A stretch of 64,000 bases of DNA from Vicinamibacterales bacterium (GTDB taxonomy: Bacteria > Acidobacteriota > Vicinamibacteria > Vicinamibacterales > UBA823), in contig CBDANA010000008.1 in the NCBI GenBank assembly GCA_965197385.1, positions 146,155 to 210,154 of the forward strand. Reading direction: 5' to 3'. A model generated the notes under the pieces. The model was not told where the DNA came from. It made no database searches and was given only the letters and a program-made list of their open reading frames with translations. This document shows positions 1-9,617 of the stretch, piece after piece; position 1 is the stretch's first letter, and each line of letters begins with the position of its first letter. A program made the position numbers and the translations under genes.

Positions 1-131
1 CTGGCGATCGCGAGGTCAGCGAGGGCACGGTTGCGGTCCGGAGTCGCACCGGAGGGGATCAGGGGCCCGCGTTGCTCGACACGTTCTGTGCGACGATCGT
101 CGACGAAACACGGCGCCGCGCAGGCTCATAG
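1..131 (+). CDS. thrS: threonyl-tRNA synthetase, C-terminal end (partial, enters from window edge)
   Basis: Frame 3 reads GDREVSEGTVAVRSRTGGDQGPALLDTFCATIVDETRRRAGS with TAG at 129-131, a typical ThrRS C-terminus. It sits in thrS-infC-rpmI-rplT synteny. Confidence 0.7.
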   Translation, partial: GDREVSEGTVAVRSRTGGDQGPALLDTFCATIVDETRRRAGS

Positions 132-173
132 ACGCATCGCCACGGTATACCAAGGTATACAGGGGAGGGTCTT

Positions 174-752
174 ATCGCTTTCTATCGAGGAGCACCGCGT
201 CGCGAACCCCGCACGCGGACCAATGAACGCATCCGGGTCCGCGAGATTCGGGTCATCGACGACGAGGGCGCGCAGCTGGGCATCATGCCGCCGCAGCAGG
301 CGCTCGTGATAGCACGGCAGAAAGGCTTGGACCTCGTGGAGGTATCACCGACCGCGTTGCCGCCGGTCTGCCGAATCATGGATTTCGGGCGCTATCAGTA
401 CACGGAGCAGAAGCGCGCCCGGGAAGCCAAGCGGCACCAGAAGACGATCGAGGTCAAGGAGATCAAGTTTCGGCCCAAGGTCGACGAGCACGATTACCAG
501 TTCAAGAAGAAGCACATCGAGCGGTTTCTGGCCGACGGCGACAAGGTGAAAGCGACCATTTTCTTCCGAGGCCGGGAGATGGCGCACCCGGAGATCGGAC
601 GTCGCATTCTCGAGCGGCTGGTGCAGGAGTTGGGCGACAGCGTGACCCAGGAGACCTTCCCTCGTCGCGAAGGCAACACCATGCACATCATTCTGTCGCG
701 GCGCGGGCAGACCAAGGGGTCGTCCAGCAAGGGCGCCGCCAAGAAAGAATGA
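174..752 (+). CDS. infC: translation initiation factor IF-3, probable non-canonical ATC start
   Basis: IF-3-like sequence ([30 protein letters not shown]..) continues upstream of the first ATG at 285. Frame 0 has no ATG/GTG/TTG between the stop at 129 and 285. An in-frame ATC at 174 lies 5 nt after GGGGAGGG (162-169). Confidence 0.85.
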   Translation: MAFYRGAPRREPRTRTNERIRVREIRVIDDEGAQLGIMPPQQALVIARQKGLDLVEVSPTALPPVCRIMDFGRYQYTEQKRAREAKRHQKTIEVKEIKFRPKVDEHDYQFKKKHIERFLADGDKVKATIFFRGREMAHPEIGRRILERLVQELGDSVTQETFPRREGNTMHIILSRRGQTKGSSSKGAAKKE

Positions 753-771
753 GCGCCATGGGATTAAGACA

Positions 772-969
772 ATGCCGAAGTTGAAGACCCATCGTGGAGC
801 CGCGAAGAGGTTTAAGCGCACGGGCACCGGCAAGATCATGCGCAGCAAGGCGTTCACACAGCACATCCTCACCAGCAAGAGCACGAAGCGGAAGCGCAGG
901 CTTCGCGGCACGGTCGTCGTCTCGCCGGCCGACGCGGCCCGGCTGGGCCGGATGATTCCATACAAGTGA
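772..969 (+). CDS. rpmI: 50S ribosomal protein L35
   Basis: [24 protein letters not shown] signature; position between infC and rplT. Confidence 0.95.
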   Translation: MPKLKTHRGAAKRFKRTGTGKIMRSKAFTQHILTSKSTKRKRRLRGTVVVSPADAARLGRMIPYK

Positions 970-1003
970 CGCGGACGTCATCCGACCAGTAAGGGAGCAC
1001 GTC

Positions 1004-1360
1004 ATGCCAAGAGTGAAACGGGGAACCGTAAGGCGGGCTAAGCGCCGCAAGGTGCTGGCACGCGCCAAGGGGTTCTATCAGACGAAGAGCAAGCTCTACC
1101 GTGCCGCCAAGGAGTCGGTCGACACCGCGCTCGCCTACGCCTACGTCGGGCGTCGGCTCAAGAAGCGCGACTTCCGGCGTCTGTGGATCATTCGAATCAA
1201 CGCGGCAGCGCGCGAGCACGGTTTGAGCTATGGGCAGTTCATGCACGGGCTGAAAACGGCCGGGGTGGCGCTCGACCGGAAGAACCTGGCCGAGTTGGCC
1301 GTTAGCGAGCCCGCAGCCTTCGCCCATCTGGTGACGCAGGCCAAGGGCGCCGCAGCCTAG
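1004..1360 (+). CDS. rplT: 50S ribosomal protein L20
   Basis: [36 protein letters not shown] signature. Confidence 0.95.
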   Translation: MPRVKRGTVRRAKRRKVLARAKGFYQTKSKLYRAAKESVDTALAYAYVGRRLKKRDFRRLWIIRINAAAREHGLSYGQFMHGLKTAGVALDRKNLAELAVSEPAAFAHLVTQAKGAAA

Positions 1361-1425
1361 GCTAGCCGCCCGGGCGCGCCCGGCGCGCCGTCTCCGTCCC
1401 CAGCACGGACCCGCCTCGAGTCCCC

Positions 1426-2487
1426 ATGCCTAACGCACGCGCCATCGACGAGCTGCGCACTCGCTTTCACGCCGACCTCGCCCAGGCCTCGACCAGCCAG
1501 GATCTCCAGGCCGTCCGGGATCGCTATCTCGGCCGAAAGGGTGGAGCCGTCACCGCGCTCATGAAACAGGTGGCCTCCGCGCCGCCCGAGGCGCGGCCCG
1601 CGCTCGGCCGCGACGCCAACGCGCTCAAGCGGGACATCGACGCGGCCATCCAGGCGCGGCGCGGCACGCTCGGCACGGGGCGGCCGGCCCTCGACGCCGT
1701 CGACGTGACACTCCCGGGCCGCGGGGAAGCGTCCGGATGCCGTCATCCGCTGACCGCGCTCCGAGAGCAGATCGAAACGATCTTCGCGCGGATGGGGTTC
1801 ACGGTGCTGGAAGGCCCGGAAGGCGAAGACGAGTACCACAACTTCGAGGCCTTGAACATGCCGGCCGACCATCCGGCGCGCGACATGCAGGACACACTGT
1901 ATCTCGCCGAGCCGCTGACCCCGGCGAATCCCGACCCGCGCGATCATCCGCGCACCCTGTTGCGGACCCACACCTCCGGCATGCAGATCCGCTACATGGA
2001 GACGCACGCGCCGCCCATCCGGATCATCGCGCCCGGACCGGTCTACCGCCGCGACAACCTCGACGTCACGCACACGCCGATGTTTCACCAGGTCGAGGGC
2101 CTGCTCGTCGGAGAGGGTGTGACGATGGCCGACCTGAAGGGGACGCTCGAAGTCTTCCTCCGGGAGCTCTTCGATCCGGGAACCAAGGTGCGGTTCCGGC
2201 CGAGCTTCTTCCCCTACACCGAGCCGTCTGCCGAAGTCTTCATCGGCTGCCTGTTCTGCGCGGGACGGGGATGCAGCGTCTGCAGGAAGACCGGCTGGCT
2301 CGAAATTCTCGGCAGCGGCATGGTGCACACCGCGGTCTTCGAGGCCGTGGGGTACGACACCGAGCGGTACACCGGCTGGGCGTTCGGCCTCGGCATTGAG
2401 CGGGTGGCGATGCTGAAGTACCGGGTCGACGACATCCGGTTGTTCTACGAAAACGACCTCCGCTTCCTGGAGCAGTTTCCGGCGTGA
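1426..2487 (+). CDS. pheS: phenylalanyl-tRNA synthetase alpha subunit
   Basis: Class II aaRS motifs (HPARDMQDT, FRPSFFPYTEPS, GWAFGLGIERVAML); ATG at 1426. Confidence 0.95.
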   Translation: MPNARAIDELRTRFHADLAQASTSQDLQAVRDRYLGRKGGAVTALMKQVASAPPEARPALGRDANALKRDIDAAIQARRGTLGTGRPALDAVDVTLPGRGEASGCRHPLTALREQIETIFARMGFTVLEGPEGEDEYHNFEALNMPADHPARDMQDTLYLAEPLTPANPDPRDHPRTLLRTHTSGMQIRYMETHAPPIRIIAPGPVYRRDNLDVTHTPMFHQVEGLLVGEGVTMADLKGTLEVFLRELFDPGTKVRFRPSFFPYTEPSAEVFIGCLFCAGRGCSVCRKTGWLEILGSGMVHTAVFEAVGYDTERYTGWAFGLGIERVAMLKYRVDDIRLFYENDLRFLEQFPA

Positions 2488-4550
2488 GAATCCAGCTGTC
2501 CTGGCTCGGCGATTTCGTCGCGGTTCCAGTCGACGTGACAGCGCTCGCGGACGGACTCGACATGCGGGGCTTCGAGGTGGTCGCGACCGAGCCGGCGCCG
2601 CCGGGCAGCTCGGCCGGCGACGCCGTCCTGGATCTCGAAATCACGACGAACCGGCCTGACTGCCTGAGCGTCATCGGCATCGCGCGCGAAGTCGCGACGA
2701 TGTATCGCGCCGCGCTCACGGTCACCCCACCCGAGGCGGTGCCCCCGGCCGCTGGGCTGCCCGAGCTCTCGGTCACCCTGGAGGATCCCGAGCTGTGCCC
2801 GCGCTACGCCGCGGCGGTCGCCGAGGTCACGATCGGCCCGTCGCCCGCGTGGCTGACGCGGCGCCTCGAGGCGGCCGGCGTCAGAGCCATCAACAACATC
2901 GTCGATGTGACCAACTACGTGCTGGTCGAGCTGGGGCACCCGATGCACGCCTTCGACTTCGACCGGCTGGGTGGCGGGGAGCTGCGTATCCGGCGCGCCC
3001 GCCCGGGCGAGCGCCTTCGCACCCTGGATGGCCAGAACCGGACGCTGACCGAGGACATGCTGGTCATTGCCGATGCCGAGCGACCGCAGGCGGTGGCCGG
3101 TGTTATGGGCGGTGCCGACTCGGAGGTCAACGGCGCCACCCGTATCATCGCGCTCGAGAGCGCCTACTTCCAGCCGGTGTCGGTCCGACGCACGAGCAAG
3201 CGCCTCGCCCTGAGCACGGATGCGTCGTATCGGTTCGAGCGCGGCGCCGACGTGTCGGCGCCGGTGCGAGCCCTGGAGCGGTGCCGCGAGCTCCTGCGGC
3301 AGATCGGCGCCGCCAAGGCGGTCGGACCGGTCATCGATTGCTATCCGCAGCCCCGTACGCCGTCGCGGGTGCGGCTGCGCCACGCGCGCATCGGCCATCT
3401 GCTCGGCCCGACGATTGACGCCGCGTTCGTGACCGACGTTCTCGAACGGCTCGGCTTCACGCCTCACGCCGCCGGGGACGGCGCGTGGGACGTGGAGGTG
3501 CCGCTGCGTCGGGTCGACGTATCGCGGGAAATCGACCTCATCGAGGAGATCGCCCGCCATTACGGCTACGACCGGCTGCCATCCACGTTTCCGGCGCTGG
3601 GCGAGCTGTCGCCCGCGCCGGATCCCCGGATCGGTCGAGATCGGCTGGTGCGCCGCCTAGCCGGCGCCGCCGGCTTTTCCGAGGCGGTGACCTTCGCCTT
3701 CATCGAGGCCGACACGGCCACCGCGTTCGCCGACGACGGGACCCCGCTGGCGGCGATCTCCAATCCGCTCTCCGCGCAGTTTTCCGTCCTGCGGCCGTCG
3801 CTGCTGCCCGGCGTTGTCACCTCGGTGGCCTACAATCGCCGGCGCGAGCGCCGGGACGTCAAGCTGTTCGAAGTGGCCACGCGGTTCACCCTTGAGGGCG
3901 AGACGCGCGCCGTCGCGCTTGCCTGGATCGGCGCCGGCGCGCCCGACCACTGGAGCGCCAAGCTGCGAGCAGTCGACTTCTCCGACATCAAGGGCGCCGT
4001 GGAGCAGCTCTTGTCCGGCCTGGAGGTGGGTGCCCCCGCGTATCGTCCAGCCGCATGCGGATATCTGGCCCCGGGACGCGGGGCGACGGTCCACGCATCC
4101 GATGCGCCAGCAGCGCCTCGCCTAGGCGTGCTCGGCCAGCTCGCGCCGTCGGTTGCCGCTGGGCTCGGGCTGGAAGAGGCGGACGCGGTCTTCGTGGCGG
4201 AGCTCGACCTCGACGCAATCGCCGAGGCAGCGCCCGATCGCGGCGACGTCCGGGTGACCCCGCTCCCACGCCATCCGTCCGTCGTACGAGATCTGTCGAT
4301 ACTCGTGGACACTGCCTTGCCTGCATCGACCGTTCGTGGCACGATCCGTGCGGCCGCCCCGGACACGCTGATCGCAGTCCGCGAATTCGACCGCTACACG
4401 GGGACAGGCATTCCTGACGGGTTGGTGAGCCTGTCCGTGCGGCTCACCTTTCGCGCGCCCGATCGCACGCTGACCGACGCGGAGGTGCAGCAGGCGGTCG
4501 ACGCCGCGGTTGCCGCACTGGCGACGAAGAACGACGCGCGATTACGCTAG
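2484..4550 (+). CDS. pheT: phenylalanyl-tRNA synthetase beta subunit (short form, no N-terminal tRNA-binding domain)
   Basis: GTG at 2484 overlaps the pheS TGA (GTGA). B3/4 and B5 style sequence, and a FDRYTG..SLS.RL.F C-terminal anticodon-binding end. The stop TAG 4548-4550 lies inside a CTAG. Confidence 0.93.
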   Translation: MRIQLSWLGDFVAVPVDVTALADGLDMRGFEVVATEPAPPGSSAGDAVLDLEITTNRPDCLSVIGIAREVATMYRAALTVTPPEAVPPAAGLPELSVTLEDPELCPRYAAAVAEVTIGPSPAWLTRRLEAAGVRAINNIVDVTNYVLVELGHPMHAFDFDRLGGGELRIRRARPGERLRTLDGQNRTLTEDMLVIADAERPQAVAGVMGGADSEVNGATRIIALESAYFQPVSVRRTSKRLALSTDASYRFERGADVSAPVRALERCRELLRQIGAAKAVGPVIDCYPQPRTPSRVRLRHARIGHLLGPTIDAAFVTDVLERLGFTPHAAGDGAWDVEVPLRRVDVSREIDLIEEIARHYGYDRLPSTFPALGELSPAPDPRIGRDRLVRRLAGAAGFSEAVTFAFIEADTATAFADDGTPLAAISNPLSAQFSVLRPSLLPGVVTSVAYNRRRERRDVKLFEVATRFTLEGETRAVALAWIGAGAPDHWSAKLRAVDFSDIKGAVEQLLSGLEVGAPAYRPAACGYLAPGRGATVHASDAPAAPRLGVLGQLAPSVAAGLGLEEADAVFVAELDLDAIAEAAPDRGDVRVTPLPRHPSVVRDLSILVDTALPASTVRGTIRAAAPDTLIAVREFDRYTGTGIPDGLVSLSVRLTFRAPDRTLTDAEVQQAVDAAVAALATKNDARLR

Positions 4551-4738
4551 CGGCCCGTGGTGAAAGTCCCGCGTCGCACCGAGGGCCCGCTAAGATTATG
4601 CTGAAGCCGCGGTCGGCCCGAGGTAGGCGCGAGGAGGGAGAATACCGGGAGTATTTGACCGATCGTGGACAACGCCCAGCGCCGCCCATGGCGGGATGCA
4701 TCGGCGGTCGAATGCAGCGGGACTTTCACCACGGACTG
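4551..4738 (+). repeat. MITE-like inverted-repeat element, copy A
   Basis: Arms CGGCCCGTGGTGAAAGTCCCGC / GCGGGACTTTCACCACGGACTG plus the conserved core. Starts directly after the pheT CTAG; the right flank is CCAG. Confidence 0.85.
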
Positions 4739-4761
4739 CCAGCCAGAAGGGAACCTACTTC

Positions 4762-5034
4762 ATGGGCAAGAAGTCGCGTGCCGAACTCGAACCGATCGAT
4801 CGACTCGAAGACAAGGTCAAGCAGCTCGTGGGCCTCGTCGAGCGGCTGCGAACCGAACAGGCACGCGCGGCCGACGAGAACGGACGGCTGACGAACGAGG
4901 TCGAGACGTTGCGGGCGCGTCTGGTGGACGCCGAACAGGCGGACACCGACGTCACGGCACTGCGGGCTGAACGCGAGCAGATCCGGACGCGCGTCACGGA
5001 CATGCTGGAACGACTGGACGCAGTCGATCTGTAG
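4762..5034 (+). CDS. ZapB-like coiled-coil cell-division protein
   Basis: 90-aa heptad-rich ORF (LEDKVKQLVGLVERLRTEQ..). ATG at 4762 follows AGAAGGGA. It lies immediately upstream of zapA. Confidence 0.6.
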   Translation: MGKKSRAELEPIDRLEDKVKQLVGLVERLRTEQARAADENGRLTNEVETLRARLVDAEQADTDVTALRAEREQIRTRVTDMLERLDAVDL

Positions 5035-5083
5035 TGGTCCGCTCGCCGGCGCGCTGGCGGCGAGCCTCTCCAGGAGCGGTGTC

Positions 5084-5386
5084 GTGACCCAGAATGCTTC
5101 GAACGTCATCACCGTCGAAATCCACGGCAATCAATACCCGGTCCGCAGCCAGCTCGCCCGGCCCTACGTGACCAAGCTGGCCATCTACGTTGACGAGAAG
5201 ATGACCGTCGCCGCCGAGGAGACCTCCACCAGCGACTCTCTCAAGGTGGCCGTACTCGCGGCGCTCAACATCGCCGACGAGTACTTCACGTGCCGTGACA
5301 GCGACGAATCCACGACCTCGGAAGTGCTGAAGCGGACGGCGGCGCTCGAGGCCTTGATCGACCGTACGCTGGCGCCGGACTCTTAG
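5084..5386 (+). CDS. zapA: cell division protein ZapA
   Basis: VITVEIHGNQYPVRS...KVAVLAALNIADEY pattern. GTG at 5084 follows CAGGAGCGG. Confidence 0.8.
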   Translation: MTQNASNVITVEIHGNQYPVRSQLARPYVTKLAIYVDEKMTVAAEETSTSDSLKVAVLAALNIADEYFTCRDSDESTTSEVLKRTAALEALIDRTLAPDS

Positions 5387-5559
5387 CAGCCCGTGGTGAA
5401 AGTCCCGCGTGGCACCGAGACCCCGCTGAACCAAAGCCGCGGCCGGCCCGAAGGAGGCGCGAGGAGGGAGAATACCGGGAGTACCCGACCGACAACGCCA
5501 GCGCCGCGGGGCGGGATGCCTCGGCGGTTCGAATGCAGCGTGACTTTCACCACGGGCTG
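5387..5559 (+). repeat. MITE-like element, copy B
   Basis: CAGCCCGTGGTGAAAGTCCCGCG ... GTGACTTTCACCACGGGCTG. Begins right after the zapA stop (TTAG flank). Confidence 0.85.
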
Positions 5560-5934
5560 TTCGCCCCGTCGCCGCGCTTGCCACTCCCGGACGTTCGTTC
5601 TAAGATCCAGGGTGAGACATAATCGATTCGCGATACGGTTGACGAGACGAGATAGGATGGAGCTTGAGTTCCCTGCTTTGTTCGTGATGGTTCGGAGGCT
5701 CGGTTGAGCCAACGTTACCTCAAAGTGAATCGCGACACTGCGTGGTGTGCATACCTCCGAGCGAGGCAGCCTAAAGTGCGGATGGACACAGCGATTCCAC
5801 CTGCTGCACGCAGGTTCATCCGACCTCCCCACACGGCAAAGCGGGGGCCTTTCCTTCGCTGCGTTCGCCTCGCCTGACGCGCCGTTCCGCACACGACAAC
5901 CACCCATCCAAGCATCCGCGCGGACCAGTTCCAG

Positions 5935-6104
5935 CAGCCCGTGGTGAAAGTCCAGCGTGGCACCGAGACCCCCCCCATCGAAGCCGCGGTCGGCCTGCAG
6001 CAAGGCGCGAGGAGGGAACATGCCGGGAGTATTTGACCGACGAGCAACGCCGCGCGGCGGGATGCATCGACGGTCGAATGCAGCGGGACTTTTACCACGG
6101 GCTG
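5935..6104 (+). repeat. MITE-like element, copy C
   Basis: CAGCCCGTGGTGAAAGTCCAGCG ... GCGGGACTTTTACCACGGGCTG. Flanks are CCAG / CTAA. It ends 6 nt before the thiL ATG. Confidence 0.85.
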
Positions 6105-6110
6105 CTAACC

Positions 6111-7157
6111 ATGCCTGACGCGAACCCCGCGGTCCCGGCGACTGCCGAGTCGGTCCGTGACCTCGGCGAACACCGGCTGCTCGATCGGATCCGAGCCAGG
6201 GTGCCGCCCGCGCCGCCGTGGGTCGCCGTGGGCATCGGGGACGACGCCGCCGTGGTCGAGCCAGTGCGCGGGGCGCTCGACGTCGTAACCACCGACGCGA
6301 TGGTCGAGGGCGTGCACTTCGACCGCCGCTTCAGCTCGATGACCGCGGTCGGCCACAAAGCGCTCGCCATCAACCTCAGCGACCTCGCAGCCATGGGCGC
6401 GACACCCCGTGTGGCGCTGCTGTCGCTGGCCCTGCCCGGCGACCTGGCGGTCCACGACGTGGATCGCTTGCTGGACGGTCTGCTCGACCTGGCGGCCCGC
6501 CACTGTGTGGCGCTCGTGGGCGGCAACCTCACGCGCTCCCCCGGCCCGCTGTTCGTGGAAGTCACTCTCCTCGGATCGATCGGACGCCGCAAGGTGATGA
6601 CGCGCAAAGGGGCGCGTCCCGGCGACGGGCTCTACGTGACAGGCGAGGTCGGCGGCGCGGCGGCGGGACTCGGCTGGCTGCAGCGCAATGCAAACGCCGG
6701 CAGCGGTGACGCCGCCCCCGACGGCCTCGCGGTGTGCGTCGATCGGCTGCTCCGACCGAGCCCCCGCGTGCGAGCCGGCACGCGCGTCGGCAGGAACCGG
6801 ATCGTCCACGCCGCCATAGACCTCAGCGACGGTCTGGCCGATGGCGTCACTCAAATAACGCAGCCGTCCGGGCTTGGTGCGATCGTGGAGGCCGATGCCG
6901 TGCCCGTGTGTGACGGGGCACGGCGGTGGTTCGCGGCCGAACAACGTGACCCGGTGGAGGCGGCGCTGTCCGGCGGTGAAGACTACGAGTTGCTGTTTGC
7001 CGTCCCCGACCGGCCGCCGAGCGCCGTGCGCCTGCTCGGGCGCGTGATCGCCCCGCTGCGGGTCACGCGGATCGGCGCCGTGACCGCCGAACCGGCGCTG
7101 CGCCTGCGTCGGTCCTCCGGCGATGCCCCGCTCCCTCGCGGGTTCACGCACTTCTGA
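6111..7157 (+). CDS. thiL: thiamine-monophosphate kinase
   Basis: AIR-synthase-like motifs (GIGDDAAVV, TTDAMVEGVHF, ALAINLSDLAAMGA, GGEDYELLF). ATG at 6111; the upstream part of the tracked ORF lies in repeat C. Confidence 0.85.
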   Translation: MPDANPAVPATAESVRDLGEHRLLDRIRARVPPAPPWVAVGIGDDAAVVEPVRGALDVVTTDAMVEGVHFDRRFSSMTAVGHKALAINLSDLAAMGATPRVALLSLALPGDLAVHDVDRLLDGLLDLAARHCVALVGGNLTRSPGPLFVEVTLLGSIGRRKVMTRKGARPGDGLYVTGEVGGAAAGLGWLQRNANAGSGDAAPDGLAVCVDRLLRPSPRVRAGTRVGRNRIVHAAIDLSDGLADGVTQITQPSGLGAIVEADAVPVCDGARRWFAAEQRDPVEAALSGGEDYELLFAVPDRPPSAVRLLGRVIAPLRVTRIGAVTAEPALRLRRSSGDAPLPRGFTHF

Positions 7158-7184
7158 TAGGCTGAGGTATGGGCCATCCTACGG

Positions 7185-7751
7185 ATGGCCGCATCTCTGA
7201 TTGACAGACCCATGCTCGCGAGATCCTTCCGATGGCGGGTCGTTGTGACGGGGCTGGCCGTCTGCGCGGTCGTGGTCCTGGCCGACACGACGCTCCTCGA
7301 TTCACGCTACGCCGCGCGACTGGCGCTGTTCCGGATCTCGACCGCGCCGCCGATACCTGGCGCGCGGCTCCGCTTCATCGCCACGGCGTACTGCAAGGGC
7401 ACGATCACCCGCTCGGGTCTCCCGGTCCGCTCCGGCATCGCCGCGAGCGACCCCGCCCTGCTGCCGCTCGGATCGATCATCAGGGTGGACGCCGCGGGCC
7501 CGTACAACGGCCTCTATACGATTCTCGACACCGGCCCGGCGATTCAGGGACGGATGATCGACGTCTACATGTGGAGCTGCTACGAAGCGCTGGCGTTCGG
7601 CCGGCGGCCGATCGACATCACGATCCTCAGGCTCGGCTGGAAGCCGGTTGACAGCGCTCCGGACCGGATCGACGAGGCGTTCCAGCAGCGGTCAGAACGC
7701 TCGCGCCCGAAGCAGCTGTTCTCACGCCCCCTCACGTTGAATGAGCGGTGA
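7185..7751 (+). CDS. 3D (MltA/RlpA-like) domain protein with N-terminal membrane anchor
   Basis: GIAASDPALLPLGSIIRV...YTILDTGPAIQGRMIDVYM matches the 3D-domain pattern. Confidence 0.7.
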   Translation: MAASLIDRPMLARSFRWRVVVTGLAVCAVVVLADTTLLDSRYAARLALFRISTAPPIPGARLRFIATAYCKGTITRSGLPVRSGIAASDPALLPLGSIIRVDAAGPYNGLYTILDTGPAIQGRMIDVYMWSCYEALAFGRRPIDITILRLGWKPVDSAPDRIDEAFQQRSERSRPKQLFSRPLTLNER

Positions 7752-7760
7752 AAAAGGCTG

Positions 7761-8873
7761 CTAGTGTGCTGTCTCTAACGCTTCTTTACAATGGCGCACC
7801 TTTCGGAGAATCGTGGCCGCGGGCGCCGTCCAAATGAAGGGCTCGGCCGAGCGGTTGTGGTGCGTCACATACTCTTCGATGGCACGAATCAGATCCGGCA
7901 GGCTCCGGAACGTGCCGCGGCGAATCCGTTTCCGAGTGATCTCCGCGAACCAGCGCTCGATCAAGTTGAGCCACGAGGCGCTTGTGGGGACGAAGTGACG
8001 GTAGTAGCGCGGGTGATCAGCGAACCACTGTTCGACTTTCGGATGCGTGTGCGTGCCGTAGTTGTCGAGAATGAGATGGATATCGCGCCGCTTGGGGACT
8101 GCGCGATGCAGCTGATTCAAGAAGGCCAGGAACTCCGTGTGCCGTTTCCGCGGCGCACACCGCGCGAGGACGGTGCCATCCAAGACGTTCAGCGCCGTAA
8201 ACAGGTTTGTCGTGCCGTGACGGATATAGTCGTGCGTCTGGCGCGCGGGAATGCCCCTTCGCAACGGGAGCACCGGCGCGGTTCGATCCAGGGCCTGCAC
8301 CTGCGGTTTCTCATCGACACAAAAGACCAAGGCGTTGTCGGGCGGATGGAGGTAGACGCCCACGACATCCCGCAACTTCTTCACGAAGTTGGGATCGCGG
8401 CTGAGTTTGAAGGTTTCGACGCGATGCGGCTGCAACCCATGCGCGCGCCAGATGCGATGGACCACCGCGTGGCTGAGCCCTTGCGCCTTCGCCATCGTCC
8501 GCACGCTCCAGTGCGTCGCATCGGGCGGCGTCGTCTGCAAGGTCGCGTCGACCACGGCCGCGATGGCCTGGGCCGTCAGCGCGGGGCGTCGACCTGGCCG
8601 TGGGGCATCCTTCATCAGGCCGAGCACGCCGACCTGCTGAAAGCGACGCCGCCACAGGTACACCGTCGGCCGGCTCACCCCGAACTCTTTCGCAATCGCA
8701 TTAATGGGTTTGCCCTCACTCGCCGCGAGCACAATCATCGCGCGTGCCGACACGCGCTGCGGCGTCTTGCCGCTGCGCACCAGCGCCTCGAGCCCCGTGC
8801 GTTGCACCCGTGTAAGGGCCAATGCCTTCGCAGGGTTCCACATGCTGCGCACCATACGCCTTCTGTGGTACAT
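7761..8873 (-). CDS. IS630-family transposase
   Basis: HTH N-terminus plus a DDE region (FCVDEKPQVQAL, LILDNYGTHTHPKV, SASWLNLIERWFAEI). Confidence 0.9.
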   Translation of the reverse strand: MYHRRRMVRSMWNPAKALALTRVQRTGLEALVRSGKTPQRVSARAMIVLAASEGKPINAIAKEFGVSRPTVYLWRRRFQQVGVLGLMKDAPRPGRRPALTAQAIAAVVDATLQTTPPDATHWSVRTMAKAQGLSHAVVHRIWRAHGLQPHRVETFKLSRDPNFVKKLRDVVGVYLHPPDNALVFCVDEKPQVQALDRTAPVLPLRRGIPARQTHDYIRHGTTNLFTALNVLDGTVLARCAPRKRHTEFLAFLNQLHRAVPKRRDIHLILDNYGTHTHPKVEQWFADHPRYYRHFVPTSASWLNLIERWFAEITRKRIRRGTFRSLPDLIRAIEEYVTHHNRSAEPFIWTAPAATILRKVRHCKEALETAH

Positions 8874-8897
8874 TGTAAAGCTATTTACGTGACGCTA
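7762..8897 (-). mobile_element. IS630-family insertion sequence (about 1.14 kb)
   Basis: Contains the IS630-type transposase. The ends are TAGTGT.. / ..GACGCTA with shared subterminal CTTTACAATG, and TA at both junctions. The boundaries are approximate. Confidence 0.7.
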
Positions 8898-9513
8898 CGC
8901 TGGGGTGTGGTCTACGAGATGGTCACTGGGAAGAAGGCGTTCGAGGGGACGAGCCGGGCGAGCTTGATTGCGGCGATTCTGGACCGTGACCCACCAGCAC
9001 CGTCCACGCTGCAGCCGATCACGCCGCCGGCTCTGGACCGAGTCGTGAGGAAATGCCTCGCGAAGGACCTGGAGGACCGCTGGCAAACGGCACGGGACCT
9101 GCACGACGAATTGACGTGGATCGCCGAAGGAGATCGCATACGCCTCGTCCGCCGTGCGAGATGGTCCATATGAGATCTTCGTGACTCCATATCCCGACTT
9201 GAATCGCGAACACAAGGTGTCGGTACTGGGTGGGACTGAACCCGCATGGTCAGCACGCGGAGATGAAATTTTTTGTCACGACGGCAATCGTTGGCAAGTG
9301 AGTGAAGTGTCTCGCGGAGAAGACTTCTCGGCAACGGTACCCCGCGAATTGTTTCAGACCGCCTTCGTCGACACCATGGCGCACTCGTGGAGTATCGCGC
9401 CAGATGGACGATTCCTGCTGATCAAGCCCAGCGCCGAAGAAGCTAATCCGTTAGAGATCCGGGTCGTCCTCAACTGGCACCAGGAGCTGCTCGAGCGGGT
9501 GCCGGTCCCGTAG
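8898..9513 (+). pseudogene. remnant of a Ser/Thr protein kinase fused to a TolB-like beta-propeller (5' end deleted at the IS630, plus an internal deletion)
   Basis: Kinase C-lobe (VVYEMVTGKKAFEG...RKCLAKDLEDRWQTARDL) followed by only the last propeller blade (YEIFVTPYPDLN..APDGRFLLIK..VVLNWHQELLERV). Confidence 0.65.
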
Positions 9514-9528
9514 GGCAACTGGTTCGAG

Positions 9529-9563
9529 GAACTCCAGGCGCGGGTGCCAACGGGACGGTAGGC
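9529..9563 (+). repeat. 35-bp direct repeat, left copy (3' end fragment of a kinase/TolB paralog, reads ..ELQARVPTGR*)
   Basis: GAACTCCAGGCGCGGGTGCCAACGGGACGGTAGGC, repeated at 10599-10633 with one mismatch. Confidence 0.8.
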
Positions 9564-9617
9564 CGTCGGGTCGTCGGTGGTTGAGTCGGAAACTTGGTGT
9601 GCGTAGAAGGAGGCCCC

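Noticed and set aside
4556-4575. GGTGAAAGTCC strings in the repeat arms resemble short core strings of RNase P RNA (GGAAAGUCC) and of cobalamin riboswitches (GGUGAAAAUCC).
   Set aside because: Only this short string matches. None of the other conserved elements of either RNA is present, and the string is simply part of the terminal inverted repeat.
5387-5559. The repeat copy right after zapA could be 6S RNA (ssrS): the genomic slot is right, the size is about 175 nt, and it folds as a rod with an internal loop.
   Set aside because: The same sequence occurs at least 12 times in 64 kb, in both orientations and with YTAR flanking duplications. The loop sits next to a very short apical hairpin rather than between two long stems. 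A 6S-derived origin is not excluded, but a single-copy housekeeping ssrS call is not supportable.
5393-5707. ORFs that run through the repeat copies, for example 4598-4891, 5393-5707, 5715-6098(-), 47029-47658 and 48221-48694.
   Set aside because: Their apparent conservation comes from the repeated DNA itself. The frames differ between copies, and the translations are low-complexity and Arg-rich.
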